A DNA stretch of 64,000 bases, taken from a candidate division FCPU426 bacterium. GTDB lineage: Bacteria; Oederibacteriota; Muellerivitia; Muellerivitales; Muellerivitaceae. Of the stretch, positions 11,873 to 22,398 are shown one piece after another (the first letter of the stretch is position 1; each line of letters starts with the position of its first letter). The notes under the pieces are model-generated. The model did no database searches. It was not told the origin of the DNA and worked only from the letters and a program-made list of their open reading frames with translations. Location of the stretch: assembly GCA_963847625.1 (NCBI GenBank), contig CAWKAR010000029.1, positions 1-64,000 on the forward strand, read 5' to 3'. A program made the translations under genes and the position numbers.

Positions 11873-12421
11873 CTACAGTTCGTCCGCTTCCACGGGTTTG
11901 AGGAAAATTTCGATCTCGAGTTCCTTTTTGAGTGAATCCAATTTTTTCTCGAAGAGCTTGACAGTATTTTTATCTAGAATTTCAACCTCGACGACCAGGG
12001 AATAGATTGGTGTCCCATCATTTGATGTCACCCGAGTCCTTAAATCTGTGATATTGATCTTTTCCTCCGCGGCGGCTTGTGTGACCCGGTAAACGATGCC
12101 GGGATGATCGACTCCATAAACCACCAAAGTGTAAGGAAGAGAGGTGGGTATTATCGGGGCACTGACTTCTTCCGGCGCAATCTCCCTCAGAGCCAGGGTC
12201 AAATGGTACAAGCGGGTTTTTTCCTGGAGGGATTGCTTGAGCTTTTCCAGTGAAAGATCGCCGGGAAGGGAAATAAGAAGAAGGACAGCGAAATCACCTT
12301 GCAACCGCGTCATACTGGAATCCTCTAGGTTACAACCCGCTTCAAAGAGAACCTTGGAAAGGGAGGCTACAATGCCAGGTTGATCTTTTCCGATGGCGGA
12401 CAAGGCGACAAATTTTTTCAT
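11873..12421 (-). CDS. Tandem ACT-domain protein (GcvR-like)
   Basis: Two ACT repeats: AIGKDQPGIVA..GCNLEDSSM and VYGVDHPGIV..INITDL. Confidence 0.85.
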   Translation of the reverse strand: MKKFVALSAIGKDQPGIVASLSKVLFEAGCNLEDSSMTRLQGDFAVLLLISLPGDLSLEKLKQSLQEKTRLYHLTLALREIAPEEVSAPIIPTSLPYTLVVYGVDHPGIVYRVTQAAAEEKINITDLRTRVTSNDGTPIYSLVVEVEILDKNTVKLFEKKLDSLKKELEIEIFLKPVEADEL

Positions 12422-12527
12422 GAGGGGAATCCCACCTTTCTTTAGGACGGGAGACATTTTTCCGGAACCTCCCAAAAAAAGAAAAATGGTGGAAGGGAGC
12501 CATGAGAATGGACTTCCAAAATAAGGT

Positions 12528-14321
12528 TCAGCGGCCGAAGACCCTTAATATGGCAAAGTCGGTGTTATCACTGAATATTTTGGAAGTTTGAGGATCGAAT
12601 TTAACAGCGGCCCGGATCATATCCTTGGCAGCGTCAATGTTGTCCTTCGCGAAAAACATGATGGAATCCTTTGCCTCGGCCGGGTCGGTTTGTGCCACCA
12701 ATCTAAGGATGCCTGAGATATTCTTTTCCAACCTGTCGAAAAGGACGTACTTTAAAAGAATATTGATCTTCCTCTTGCTGACCTTCGGGTTGGTCGGGAT
12801 TCCATTAGCCATGGCGACGATGAAGTCGATGTAGTCGGTGACGGCATCCTCCCGGCTGGCTGTATCCTGCATGCTCTGGGTGACGGCTAGAGTGTATTTC
12901 TTTTCCTGACCTGTCCATTTGACTTTCGTTTGCTTATCGATTTTGCCGACATAATCCCCCATGAACGTTCCCGCCTTGACGTCCCCCCGGTAGTCGTAGA
13001 TGGGATCTTTGGTCAGGTAAAGGGCGCACAATCGTAAAACCTGGACATCCACCGGGTTAAAAGTCATAACCGGACCTTTTCGGACAGTTTCTCCCGAGAC
13101 GAAGGACATGAGGAACCGGTCCTGGAAAAAGTCCACGAAATTACGCAAAGGTTCGATCAGGATGTGGGGCACGATAAACCGGCCCTCGAAATCCTTCGGG
13201 AAAAGATTGGTGTGTATTTTCACGACTTTATTCAGCCCCGCCAATATATTTTCCCGTGTGCAGAGGCGGTCTTTGAAGTCTTCATCCTCATCGAATTGCT
13301 TGTTCAGCAGGATCCGGGAAGCGCTGTAAGCGACTTTCATGGGGGAGGCGTCCGCCACCCGCACGCTCACGCTATTGGTAGTGTCGATGTCGGTCCGAAT
13401 GCTGGAAATGGCGTCGGCGTTAAACAGGGGTCCCCGAGAGTCCGCGATGACCGGCGAAGCGTTATCAATCTTGGCAATTTCATTGATGGACTTGACCACA
13501 CCCTGGTGCTTTTCATCGATCATCCTGCTGTTTTCAAGGATTTTCCCGACGTAGGTATATATCTCATCCATCCAACGGCTCATGGAGGCGGCCGTATCCC
13601 CGATCTTTCCCTCGAAAGCCTTGATGAGGGCTTTTTCCTGGGGTGTTGCCGCTTCACCTCTGGCCCAGGCCGCTGAAACCTTTTTCATCATTTCCAATCC
13701 GACCTTGGCGTTTTTCAGGGAGTTTTCGTTCAGGCCGCTGATCATTTTGGGGTAGTAGATATCGATCTGGGTGATGGACATGGCAATTTCACTTTTCAGC
13801 TGATCCATACGGCGCTTCCATTCGTCTTTCATACGTTTCTGGTCTTGGGGGGAGTTCCGGAGATCCTTTTTACGGTCGTCACCGATGGTTAGCGCCAGAA
13901 GTTCGCCCTTGGCGATAGCGGTGAACTTATCCATGACGGAAAAAACGGAAAAAGCGGCATTGGGATTGGAAGGTTTGGAAAAATTATCGATTAATTGCGA
14001 ATAGAGTTGGGAGGGGAACAATTCCAAAGTTCTCGGGGAACTCGATTGAACCACGATGCTGTCAGCCAAGGCTCCCGTGCAAAGAAAGGCGGTCTGATTG
14101 GCGTTCAGTTCGTTAAGCCGGTTTGAAACAAGGAAATCAACAAGGGCGTTATATGCGGTTCGCAATTTGTCCGACCGGGCTTTTTCTTCGGTAGCGGAAG
14201 TGTCAGCATCATTGGCGAAAAATAGGAGGCAATTCTCGACGATAGTTCTTGTTTCTCCGTCCACCCCTTCCATAAGTTTCTCATATTGGGTTCCGCTGAT
14301 AACTTGGGTGACAGTGGACAT
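12528..14321 (-). CDS. Hypothetical soluble protein, 597 aa, with a central helical/coiled-coil region
   Basis: Long uninterrupted ORF, RBS (AAGGGAG) upstream, no motif that I recognise. Confidence 0.8.
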   Translation of the reverse strand: MSTVTQVISGTQYEKLMEGVDGETRTIVENCLLFFANDADTSATEEKARSDKLRTAYNALVDFLVSNRLNELNANQTAFLCTGALADSIVVQSSSPRTLELFPSQLYSQLIDNFSKPSNPNAAFSVFSVMDKFTAIAKGELLALTIGDDRKKDLRNSPQDQKRMKDEWKRRMDQLKSEIAMSITQIDIYYPKMISGLNENSLKNAKVGLEMMKKVSAAWARGEAATPQEKALIKAFEGKIGDTAASMSRWMDEIYTYVGKILENSRMIDEKHQGVVKSINEIAKIDNASPVIADSRGPLFNADAISSIRTDIDTTNSVSVRVADASPMKVAYSASRILLNKQFDEDEDFKDRLCTRENILAGLNKVVKIHTNLFPKDFEGRFIVPHILIEPLRNFVDFFQDRFLMSFVSGETVRKGPVMTFNPVDVQVLRLCALYLTKDPIYDYRGDVKAGTFMGDYVGKIDKQTKVKWTGQEKKYTLAVTQSMQDTASREDAVTDYIDFIVAMANGIPTNPKVSKRKINILLKYVLFDRLEKNISGILRLVAQTDPAEAKDSIMFFAKDNIDAAKDMIRAAVKFDPQTSKIFSDNTDFAILRVFGR

Positions 14322-14856
14322 TGAAAAGAACTCCCTTCGGGGTGAATTTAAACCGTTTTTAGGAAGGCTGATTATAACATAATGAAAAAAATCGATGTGA
14401 TTTTTGACATGGTTGATTGAAAAGAGGCATTATACTACAAAATAAAAAACCTGGAATTCCAAAAAAATACTCGCTTTTTAAAACTGTTTTAACCATCTAA
14501 TTAAGGTTTTTCTGTATTTTTGCTAACTTGTTTTCATTCTTATGTGCCCAGCTTTAATCGGCAAGCATCTATTCAGGTGAAAATATTTTTGCGCACCACT
14601 GCTTTTAAACCATACGCAGTTTTTAACTTTGAGGGGGATTCAAGACAGTCCTTTGATGGGTAATGTTTTGGGATCTACCAAGTTTCAATTTAACCCTGAA
14701 AGTAAAATCAGTTCATTGAAAGAAGCCATTTTCAACCTTACCTTGTTATTGGTTTTAAAGCGGTTTTGGGCTGTTAATTAGCCTATATTTTTTAAATTGA
14801 AGGCTGTCTAAACCAAGTTTAAAGCCTTTGGACAAAAAGGATTTTTGAGGTTTTTC

Positions 14857-17454
14857 ATGGATATCAACCAATTCACACTGAATGCACAAAACGCCCTTCA
14901 GTCGGCCCAATCGCTGGCTTCCGAATACGGGCAACAGCAGGTCGACAATGAGCACTTGTTCTTGGCCCTTTTGCGCCAGGAGGAAAGCGTGGTTATCCCG
15001 ATCCTCAAGAAAATCGGCGTGGACCCGGTGGCGCTCGACAAGGGCCTGGAAAAGGACGTTGCGGGCCTCCCCAAGGTGGAGGGAGGCGGACAAGCCTATG
15101 TAACGCCAAGGCTCGCCAAGACCCTGGACAACGCCCACAAGGAAGCGGACCGGATGAAGGACGAGTATGTATCCACCGAGCACTTGCTTCTGGCCCTCCT
15201 GGACGCCCCGAATGCTCAGGGGCATCCTGGGGAATGGGGCGTCAAAAAACAGATAAAACTCTACGGCCTCAACCGCGACAAGGTCCTGTCGGCCCTGGCC
15301 GAGGTGAGGGGTAGCACCCGCGTGACGGACCAGAATCCCGAGGCCAAATACCAGGCCCTCATCAAGTACGGGCAGGACCTGACCGACCTGGCCCGCCGGG
15401 GAAAACTAGATCCCGTCATCGGCCGCGACGAGGAAATCCGGAGGGTTATCCAGGTGCTTTCCCGGCGCACCAAGAACAACCCGGTCTTGATCGGGGAGCC
15501 AGGAGTGGGAAAGACCGCCATTGCCGAGGGCCTGGCAGGCCGTATCGTGTCCGGAGACGTGCCGGAAGGCTTGAAGGGGCGGAAAGTAATCGCCCTGGAC
15601 TTGGGTGCCATGGTCGCGGGCGCCAAGTTTCGCGGGGAATTCGAGGACCGCTTGAAGACTTTTTTGAAGGAAGTCACCTCCAGCGAGGGACAGATCATCC
15701 TCTTCATCGACGAGCTCCATAACCTCGTCGGAACCGGAAGGGCCGAGGGCAGCATGGATGCCAGCAACATGCTCAAACCCGCACTTTCGCGGGGAGAACT
15801 GAGGGCCATTGGCGCCACGACCTTGGATGAATACCGCAAATACATCGAGAAGGACCCGGCCTTGGAGCGGCGTTTCCAGCAGGTTTATATCGGTGAGCCC
15901 AGCGTGGCCGACACCATTTCCATCCTTCGGGGCCTGAAGGAACGCTACGAATTGCACCACGGAGTGCGCATCCAGGACTCCGCCTTAGTGGCCGCCGTGG
16001 TCCTTTCGAACCGATATATCACTAACCGCTTCCTGCCGGATAAGGCCATCGACCTGGTGGACGAATCCGCCTCCAAACTGCGGATTGAGATCGACTCCAT
16101 GCCCGTGGAGCTGGACGAGGTGGAACGCAAGGTCCGTCAGTTGGAAATCGAGAAGCAAGCCCTGCAAAAGGAAAAGGACGATGCGTCCAAGGAAAGGCTC
16201 GCCCGGTTGGAAAAGGAAATGGCCGATTTGAAGGAGACTTCTTACCATATGAAAGCCCGCTGGCAGTCGGAGAAAAAGGTCATCCAGGGCCTCCAAAAAT
16301 TGAAAGAGGAAATCGAAACCTCGAAGATCCAGGAAACCCATTACGAACGGGAAGGCAAGCTCGACAAGGTCGCGCAGATCCGCTATGACACTCTTCCCAA
16401 ACTCCAGAAACAACTGAAGGAATCGGAGGCCAAGCTGGCGGACCTGCAGGGAAAAGGCGCCATGCTAAAGGAGGAAGTCACCGAACAGGAGATCGCCGAA
16501 GTGGTATCCAAGTGGACCGGCATTCCCGTGTCCAAGATGATGGAGGGTGAAACCGCGAAGCTGGTGCGGATGGAGGAGAACCTGAAAAAACGCATTGTGG
16601 GGCAGGACGAAGCGGTCGCGGCGGTTGCCAACGCCATCCGCCGCTCCCGTTCCGGGCTTTCGGACCCGAACCGCCCCCTGGGTTCCTTCCTTTTCGTGGG
16701 GCCTACCGGTGTGGGCAAGACCGAACTGGCTAAGGCCCTGGCGGGATACCTTTTCGACGACGAGAAAATGATGATTCGCATCGACATGAGTGAGTACATG
16801 GAAAAGCACTCGGTGTCGCGCTTGATCGGGGCCCCCCCGGGGTACGTGGGTTACGACGAGGGAGGCCAATTGACCGAGGCGGTGCGTCGGCGGCCCTACT
16901 CGGTGGTCTTGTTCGACGAGGTGGAAAAAGCCCACGCTGATGTTTTCAACGTCCTCCTGCAGGTCCTGGACGACGGCCGGCTCACGGATTCCCAGGGAAG
17001 AGTAGTGGACTTCAAGAACACGGTGCTCATCATGACCAGCAACATCGCTTCCCATCTCATCATGGAGGCGGGTGCCAAGGAATCCGATTTAAAGGACGCC
17101 ATCCAAAAGGAGCTTCGGCAGTTCTTCAGGCCTGAGTTCTTGAATCGAATCGACGACATCGTCACTTTCCGGCGCCTGAGGGAGGACCAGTTGGAGCAGA
17201 TCGTCAACATCCAGCTGGAAGTCCTGAAAAACCGGCTCGCGGACAAGAAGATCCAATTGGAGATGAGCAAGGGTGCCCTGGCATTCCTGGCCGAGCGCGG
17301 GTATGATCCCGTATTCGGCGCCAGGCCGCTCAAACGGCTCATCCAGCACGAATTAGTGGACCGTATGGCTTTGAAACTCCTGGACGGGGAAATCCAGGAG
17401 GGCCGGACCGTGAAAGTGGATGTCTCCAAGGGTGGGGAACTGATCATTAAATAA
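14857..17454 (+). CDS. clpB: ATP-dependent chaperone ClpB
   Basis: Clp-N repeats, two AAA+ modules ([16 protein letters not shown]), coiled-coil M domain. Confidence 0.97.
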   Translation: MDINQFTLNAQNALQSAQSLASEYGQQQVDNEHLFLALLRQEESVVIPILKKIGVDPVALDKGLEKDVAGLPKVEGGGQAYVTPRLAKTLDNAHKEADRMKDEYVSTEHLLLALLDAPNAQGHPGEWGVKKQIKLYGLNRDKVLSALAEVRGSTRVTDQNPEAKYQALIKYGQDLTDLARRGKLDPVIGRDEEIRRVIQVLSRRTKNNPVLIGEPGVGKTAIAEGLAGRIVSGDVPEGLKGRKVIALDLGAMVAGAKFRGEFEDRLKTFLKEVTSSEGQIILFIDELHNLVGTGRAEGSMDASNMLKPALSRGELRAIGATTLDEYRKYIEKDPALERRFQQVYIGEPSVADTISILRGLKERYELHHGVRIQDSALVAAVVLSNRYITNRFLPDKAIDLVDESASKLRIEIDSMPVELDEVERKVRQLEIEKQALQKEKDDASKERLARLEKEMADLKETSYHMKARWQSEKKVIQGLQKLKEEIETSKIQETHYEREGKLDKVAQIRYDTLPKLQKQLKESEAKLADLQGKGAMLKEEVTEQEIAEVVSKWTGIPVSKMMEGETAKLVRMEENLKKRIVGQDEAVAAVANAIRRSRSGLSDPNRPLGSFLFVGPTGVGKTELAKALAGYLFDDEKMMIRIDMSEYMEKHSVSRLIGAPPGYVGYDEGGQLTEAVRRRPYSVVLFDEVEKAHADVFNVLLQVLDDGRLTDSQGRVVDFKNTVLIMTSNIASHLIMEAGAKESDLKDAIQKELRQFFRPEFLNRIDDIVTFRRLREDQLEQIVNIQLEVLKNRLADKKIQLEMSKGALAFLAERGYDPVFGARPLKRLIQHELVDRMALKLLDGEIQEGRTVKVDVSKGGELIIK

Positions 17455-17485
17455 TTGAAAGCGAATTTTTCGTCTGGAGGAATTT

Positions 17486-18205
17486 GTGAAGCGATACTGG
17501 GCCGCGGTATTTGCCTTGCTTTGTATTGGGATCGACATTCCGATTGTCCTGGGCCAGGATTTAGCACCAACGCCGACGGAAGCAACCACCGTTCCCAAAC
17601 CCCTCGTCCTCAAATCCCGGGAAAAGATGCGGGATTCCGAAAGCCACCGCTTTCCCAAGCCGCCCAAGACAAATCCGGATGGGACGCCGTGGAAAGAAGT
17701 GAACGACGATAAAGCCTTTTGGGGACCGGCCTTGACCAACCTGATCGACCCGACCTTTTTTCAAGGTATCGAAGATTTCAACAAAAATGAGAAGAAATCC
17801 GGGAACTATTACTGGCATAAATTCCAAGCTTGGGACTATTGCCATTACCGTGACGGATCCGGAAACCAATGGTACGGTTGGCGGACCGGGTCTTTATTCC
17901 ATTGGGTTCTGCTCGCCTATGGCCGTTTTTGGTGGCATGACACCTTTGCCGAACGATGGCTTTTCTTCGACAAGGGTTATTGGTGGTGGCAAAGCGGGTC
18001 CAAAAATTCTGAGATCCAGGTTTACCTGGAGGATGGTCATTATCACGCGTGCAACGCCGAAGGGGTGCTGGGCGAAGACTTGATGGAAACCGGCAAGCAG
18101 GAAGTGGCCACCAAGCCGGTCGAAAAGGAAGTAACGCCGTCGGCGGATGCGCTGGAACGTCGCAATAACCGAAATAGCACGGGGGCCCTGGGCGGAGGTT
18201 TTTAA
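17486..18205 (+). CDS. Hypothetical secreted Trp/Tyr/His-rich protein
   Basis: N-terminal hydrophobic signal; aromatic-rich core NYYWH..YCHY..WYGW..RFWWHD..YWWWQ. Confidence 0.75.
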   Translation: MKRYWAAVFALLCIGIDIPIVLGQDLAPTPTEATTVPKPLVLKSREKMRDSESHRFPKPPKTNPDGTPWKEVNDDKAFWGPALTNLIDPTFFQGIEDFNKNEKKSGNYYWHKFQAWDYCHYRDGSGNQWYGWRTGSLFHWVLLAYGRFWWHDTFAERWLFFDKGYWWWQSGSKNSEIQVYLEDGHYHACNAEGVLGEDLMETGKQEVATKPVEKEVTPSADALERRNNRNSTGALGGGF

Positions 18206-18551
18206 TTTTAAGTCACTCCCACCGTGAAAGTTGAAGATCCCCTGCGATTATTAGCGGACATGAAGACGTGCCGCCTTATTACTTTCAATTCCTCCATTTT
18301 TTTCGATTTTTTTAACGAAGGACGAATTTCGTTTGCCGTGACTTTTAGCCTCTTTGCCGATTTTCCTTAAGACAATAAAAAAATAAATGTAACTTGCCAA
18401 TGTGAAGTGGAGATAAAAGAGGTAAAATAAGTTTGTTGTTTAAAATTCTTTCCAAAGCTTTAACCCACCGTGAGTGCCCTCACAAAACCCTAAGTTGATA
18501 AGTTATTAACCACTATTGAGTTGATTAATTAAGGTTGTGAAAGGGAATTGT

Positions 18552-19517
18552 ATGAATTTCGTAAAAAGCATCCGCAATGCCGGATTTTTCATACTCTTTT
18601 TGCTTGTCTTGCTTCCTTTATCCTGCAGCAAATCCAACCCCACCTCTCCTGTGGCTCCGACCCCGACACCCACGTTTCCGTCTTACAGCGCGGGAACCTC
18701 CTTTGGAATCGGCGGTGGAACTAGCATGACCTTTCCCGTGGGATTGGGGGTTTCGGGCGACAACGTTTGGGTGACGAACTATACCAGCCCCTGGGTTTTG
18801 CAGGAATGGACGACCGTGGGGGCTTATTCTGAATCGATTACGGACTATGGCAGTTCATTGACAAATTTCGGAGTGCCCTGGGGCGTGAGTGTGGGCCCCG
18901 ATGACTATATTTACGTCGCGGATCAAACCAACTCCCAGGCGGTTGAATTCACCCCGGCCGGACAATTTGTGACGGTATTCGGAAAAACCGAGTTGGGGAC
19001 GGATTTTGTAACGGATGTCGCCGTCAATAGTTCCAGCGCCTACCTTGTGGATTACACCTCCGCATTGGTCATCGGTTACAATGTTTCCGGCACAGGACCC
19101 TCGAAGACCTTTACCCATCCTGTCACTTTCGGTAGCAGCTTACCGGTCACCCTTTGCGTGCCTTCTTCCGCCACAAGTATTTTGGGTCCCTATGCCATGT
19201 GCCTAGACAAATCCGGAAACGTTTATGTCACAGATGCCAACAACAGCCGGGTGTTGAAATTCAACGCCAATGGGATTTATCTTTCAGCTTTCACTACTGG
19301 TTTAACCTCGCCTACGGCTGTTGCTGTTGACTCGGCGGGTAACCTTTTCGTGGCGGATGCCTCCGACGACTACATCTATCCTTATAAACCGACAGGAGAC
19401 TTGCAAATCCCATTCCTATTAGGTTCGGAATGCTATGGTCTAGCTCTGGATAGTCATGGCAACCTTTTCGCGTCCTCCTACAGTAACAATGAGGTGGTCG
19501 TTTTCAAGAGGAACTAA
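18552..19517 (+). CDS. NHL-repeat beta-propeller lipoprotein
   Basis: Lipobox LPLSC, PT-rich linker, repeats P.GVSV..D.IYVAD, DKSGNVYVTD..N.RV, P.AVAVDSAGNLFVAD. Confidence 0.85.
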   Translation: MNFVKSIRNAGFFILFLLVLLPLSCSKSNPTSPVAPTPTPTFPSYSAGTSFGIGGGTSMTFPVGLGVSGDNVWVTNYTSPWVLQEWTTVGAYSESITDYGSSLTNFGVPWGVSVGPDDYIYVADQTNSQAVEFTPAGQFVTVFGKTELGTDFVTDVAVNSSSAYLVDYTSALVIGYNVSGTGPSKTFTHPVTFGSSLPVTLCVPSSATSILGPYAMCLDKSGNVYVTDANNSRVLKFNANGIYLSAFTTGLTSPTAVAVDSAGNLFVADASDDYIYPYKPTGDLQIPFLLGSECYGLALDSHGNLFASSYSNNEVVVFKRN

Positions 19518-19684
19518 ACTCCCTTGAAAAAATCCACGTCCCTGGTTCATTCAAAGTTTTGTGGCGGTTTGGACGAGTTAAACCAATGGGAACATTGAAC
19601 CAAGATAAACCCGTAGTATCTTTGGAAAGACGAATTAAAAATCCTTCAAGCCCTTGAGTTATTGAACCTTGTTATAATCCCCCC

Positions 19685-21610
19685 ATGATTCCTGGTTCAT
19701 CTCCTGACCCGAAAGATTCATCAGCTGGGCTTTTCGGTTTTAGAAAGTCCCAACTCTGGCTTCTACCACTGCTAGCCTGTTTCCTCCTAGTCATCCTTTT
19801 CGGGGCGCGCTTATTGAACGACTCCGACCTGGGTTATCATTTGAAGGGGGGGCAGTGGATTCTGGAGAACCACCGGCTTCCCTCCCTAGATCCCTTCACC
19901 TATACCGTCCCCGACCATCCCTACCTGGATATCCATTGGCTCTACCAGGTAACCCTTTACTCCCTTTATCGGCTCGGGGATTACTCACTCATTTCCTTGG
20001 CCAATATCGGTTGCATCTTCCTGTTGTTTTTCCTGACATGGAAGCGGCTTCGGCTGACAGGCGCCCCCTTCTGGATGTGCGTGGTGTTATTGACCGTGGC
20101 GCTCCTGGCTTCGGAATACAGGTTCCGGGCCAGACCCGAAACCCTCAGTTGGATCCTGATGAGCCTGGCGCTTTGGGTGTTGGAAACCCGGGCCGCCCGG
20201 GGCAAGGACCTATTGTTCCTCCTTCCGCTAATCATGCTGGTTTGGGTGAACGTGGAAGGGCTCTTTGCCATTGGATTAGGTCTGATAGGGCTCTTTTGCC
20301 TATCCAGTTTTTTCAGCGGACTCAAGACAGATATGAAATTATGCCGGTATTCCGTTCTGGCTTTGACGGCCTGCCTGGTGAATCCCTACTTCCTCCGTGG
20401 CTTGGTTTTTCCACTCACCCTGTTGAATACCGTGGGCACTTCCAACGTTTTCAAACAGGCCATCTTCGAGTTTCAATCGCCCTGGACCATGGGCGGCGCT
20501 CTATTTGCCATGCCGACCTTATACCTTTTAGCTTACAAACTTTTCAGCTTTTTCCTCCTTCTCGCGTTCCTCATGACTTTCCGCCAAAGAAAAATCCATG
20601 AGTACTTTTTGTTTTTTATTTTTTTAGGTCTATCCATCGCGGCTCTGCGGAATATACAGCTTTTCATGTTCGCATGTACGCCGTTGGCGGTTTCTTGCTG
20701 GAAGGATTTGAAGTGGGGTTGGTTCCGAAAAATCCAGGGAGCCCTTTTCGGGCATCGGGCGGCCCCCTGGGTTTTCACCTTGATCCTCGCGGGATTCTGC
20801 ATGAGGGTCGTGACAGGGGCTTATTACGTAGCCGACCGCCGGCCGGACCATATCGGCCTGGGGCTTGACCAAAAACAGGTGCCGGTGGGGGCCTGTGAAT
20901 TCTTGACCCATAACCATTTGGGAGGAAGGATCCTGAACCAATTCAATTCCGGCGGCTGGCTAGAATTACTCACAAAGGAAAAATCCTTCATCGACGGGCG
21001 CCTGGAGGTCATGGGGGAGGAGTTTTTCTTGGAATACAAGGCCGCGCAGACCTCAGGAGGATTAAAAGCCCTTTTGGACAAATATAACCCTGAAATTATC
21101 TTTTTCAATCCGTTCGAGGAAGTTCCCTGGATCGTAGAGCTCCAGGCGTCACCGGATTGGCGGCCGGTTTACCTAGATGAGACTGCTGCCATTTACCTCC
21201 GGAAAGGCTATTCCGACGGGGTGCCGGATCTGGATTACGGATTGGTTTTGGAGAAGGAAGGCGTTTCAAGGTCCATTTTGATGGAAAAAAATTCCATACT
21301 CGAAGTTTCAGCGCCCTCTTCCTGGCTTTCCGGTTTAAAAGATTTCGTTGAACCCCCGCTCTATCCCCGGGGGCTCCAATCCATGGCCGTATTCTGCGCC
21401 TACAACAACCGCATGGACGCGGCGGAGGCGCTTTATCTGGAAGCGATTCGGCGCACCGGGGGAAGGTTTTTCGAGTTTTTCTACAATCTGGGGGCGATTT
21501 ATTCGGTTGAGAAAAGGATGGAAGACGCGGAGCTTTGCATGAAACGGGCCCAGGCCATACCGCACCGTTCCATTTTCGGCCAGGCCGTGGGAAAGGTTTC
21601 CTCCCCATAA
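19685..21610 (+). CDS. Multi-pass membrane protein, GT-C-like glycosyltransferase, with C-terminal TPR
   Basis: About 10-12 TM segments, first-loop DSDLGYHL..GQWI..DPF motif, FIDGR, C-terminal TPR-like helices. Confidence 0.6.
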   Translation: MIPGSSPDPKDSSAGLFGFRKSQLWLLPLLACFLLVILFGARLLNDSDLGYHLKGGQWILENHRLPSLDPFTYTVPDHPYLDIHWLYQVTLYSLYRLGDYSLISLANIGCIFLLFFLTWKRLRLTGAPFWMCVVLLTVALLASEYRFRARPETLSWILMSLALWVLETRAARGKDLLFLLPLIMLVWVNVEGLFAIGLGLIGLFCLSSFFSGLKTDMKLCRYSVLALTACLVNPYFLRGLVFPLTLLNTVGTSNVFKQAIFEFQSPWTMGGALFAMPTLYLLAYKLFSFFLLLAFLMTFRQRKIHEYFLFFIFLGLSIAALRNIQLFMFACTPLAVSCWKDLKWGWFRKIQGALFGHRAAPWVFTLILAGFCMRVVTGAYYVADRRPDHIGLGLDQKQVPVGACEFLTHNHLGGRILNQFNSGGWLELLTKEKSFIDGRLEVMGEEFFLEYKAAQTSGGLKALLDKYNPEIIFFNPFEEVPWIVELQASPDWRPVYLDETAAIYLRKGYSDGVPDLDYGLVLEKEGVSRSILMEKNSILEVSAPSSWLSGLKDFVEPPLYPRGLQSMAVFCAYNNRMDAAEALYLEAIRRTGGRFFEFFYNLGAIYSVEKRMEDAELCMKRAQAIPHRSIFGQAVGKVSSP

Positions 21611-21654
21611 GTGTTAAATTGAATTTCCACATTTTGAAACGGTATACTTAACAA

Positions 21655-22062
21655 ATGGTTATAAAACGAGACTCATCACAAACTAGCGAAAAAACCAAGA
21701 TTGGTCCGATTTTTCATCAGGTGATGAAGACGGTTTTAATCTTTTTTGTGATGATGTATCCAGGAACCCTATGGGCGACGGATATATGGAATGTCTCCGC
21801 TCAGCAGGAATACGGGACCACCCTCGTGGTTGTCACCTACGATTTGGTGGATCCAGAACAAAAGCCCACTGAAATCATCCTGGAAGTATCCAAGGACGAT
21901 GGCGCCCATTACACGATCCACCCCCGGCCCGAAGCCCTTTCCGGTGACGTCGGCAAGGGAGTTATGGCTGGCCAGAGCAAATGTATTTATTGGGACGTTT
22001 CCAAGGATTTCAAGGAACTTTCAGGGAATAAGTTCCGGATCAAATTGACGGCCCACAGATAG
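21655..22062 (+). CDS. Hypothetical secreted protein, single beta-sandwich-like domain (start may be GTG 21721)
   Basis: Signal-like segment, then NVSAQQ..VVVTYDL..LEVSKDDG..LSGDVG..IYWDV pattern. Confidence 0.65.
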   Translation: MVIKRDSSQTSEKTKIGPIFHQVMKTVLIFFVMMYPGTLWATDIWNVSAQQEYGTTLVVVTYDLVDPEQKPTEIILEVSKDDGAHYTIHPRPEALSGDVGKGVMAGQSKCIYWDVSKDFKELSGNKFRIKLTAHR

Positions 22063-22121
22063 TTTCCGGCGGATTAAAGGGAAGAAGAGAAAGTTTTTAT
22101 GGCTCCTGCGGGAGGCTGTAA

Positions 22122-22376
22122 GTGACAATTCTTCGAAAATTGAGAAAGGGACCGCTTTACGTAATTCTTTACGGAATGGCGGGTGCCCTTTTTGGCGCCA
22201 ATTGGGCGGAAAGTGGCACCTTCAGCATTAAAGTACCGCCGCCTTTGGCGGATTGGATGATGGTGAGTTGCATTACCGTAATTTTGGTTTTAAGCGGTGC
22301 GGTCATTCTGGGTTGGGAAAAATGGGATTTGAAGAGGAAACTTAAATATATTATGGCCTGGCTGGCTAAGATTTAA
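22122..22376 (+). CDS. Small hypothetical membrane protein
   Basis: GGAGG RBS upstream; two hydrophobic segments. Confidence 0.55.
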   Translation: MTILRKLRKGPLYVILYGMAGALFGANWAESGTFSIKVPPPLADWMMVSCITVILVLSGAVILGWEKWDLKRKLKYIMAWLAKI

Positions 22377-22398
22377 ACCTTGTTGGATTGATTTTTCC

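Noticed and set aside
14322..14856. CIRCE/HrcA operator or a clear promoter upstream of clpB
   Set aside because: No TTAGCACTC-N9-GAGTGCTAA seen; the TTGACA (14404) and TATACT (14431) are 21 nt apart.
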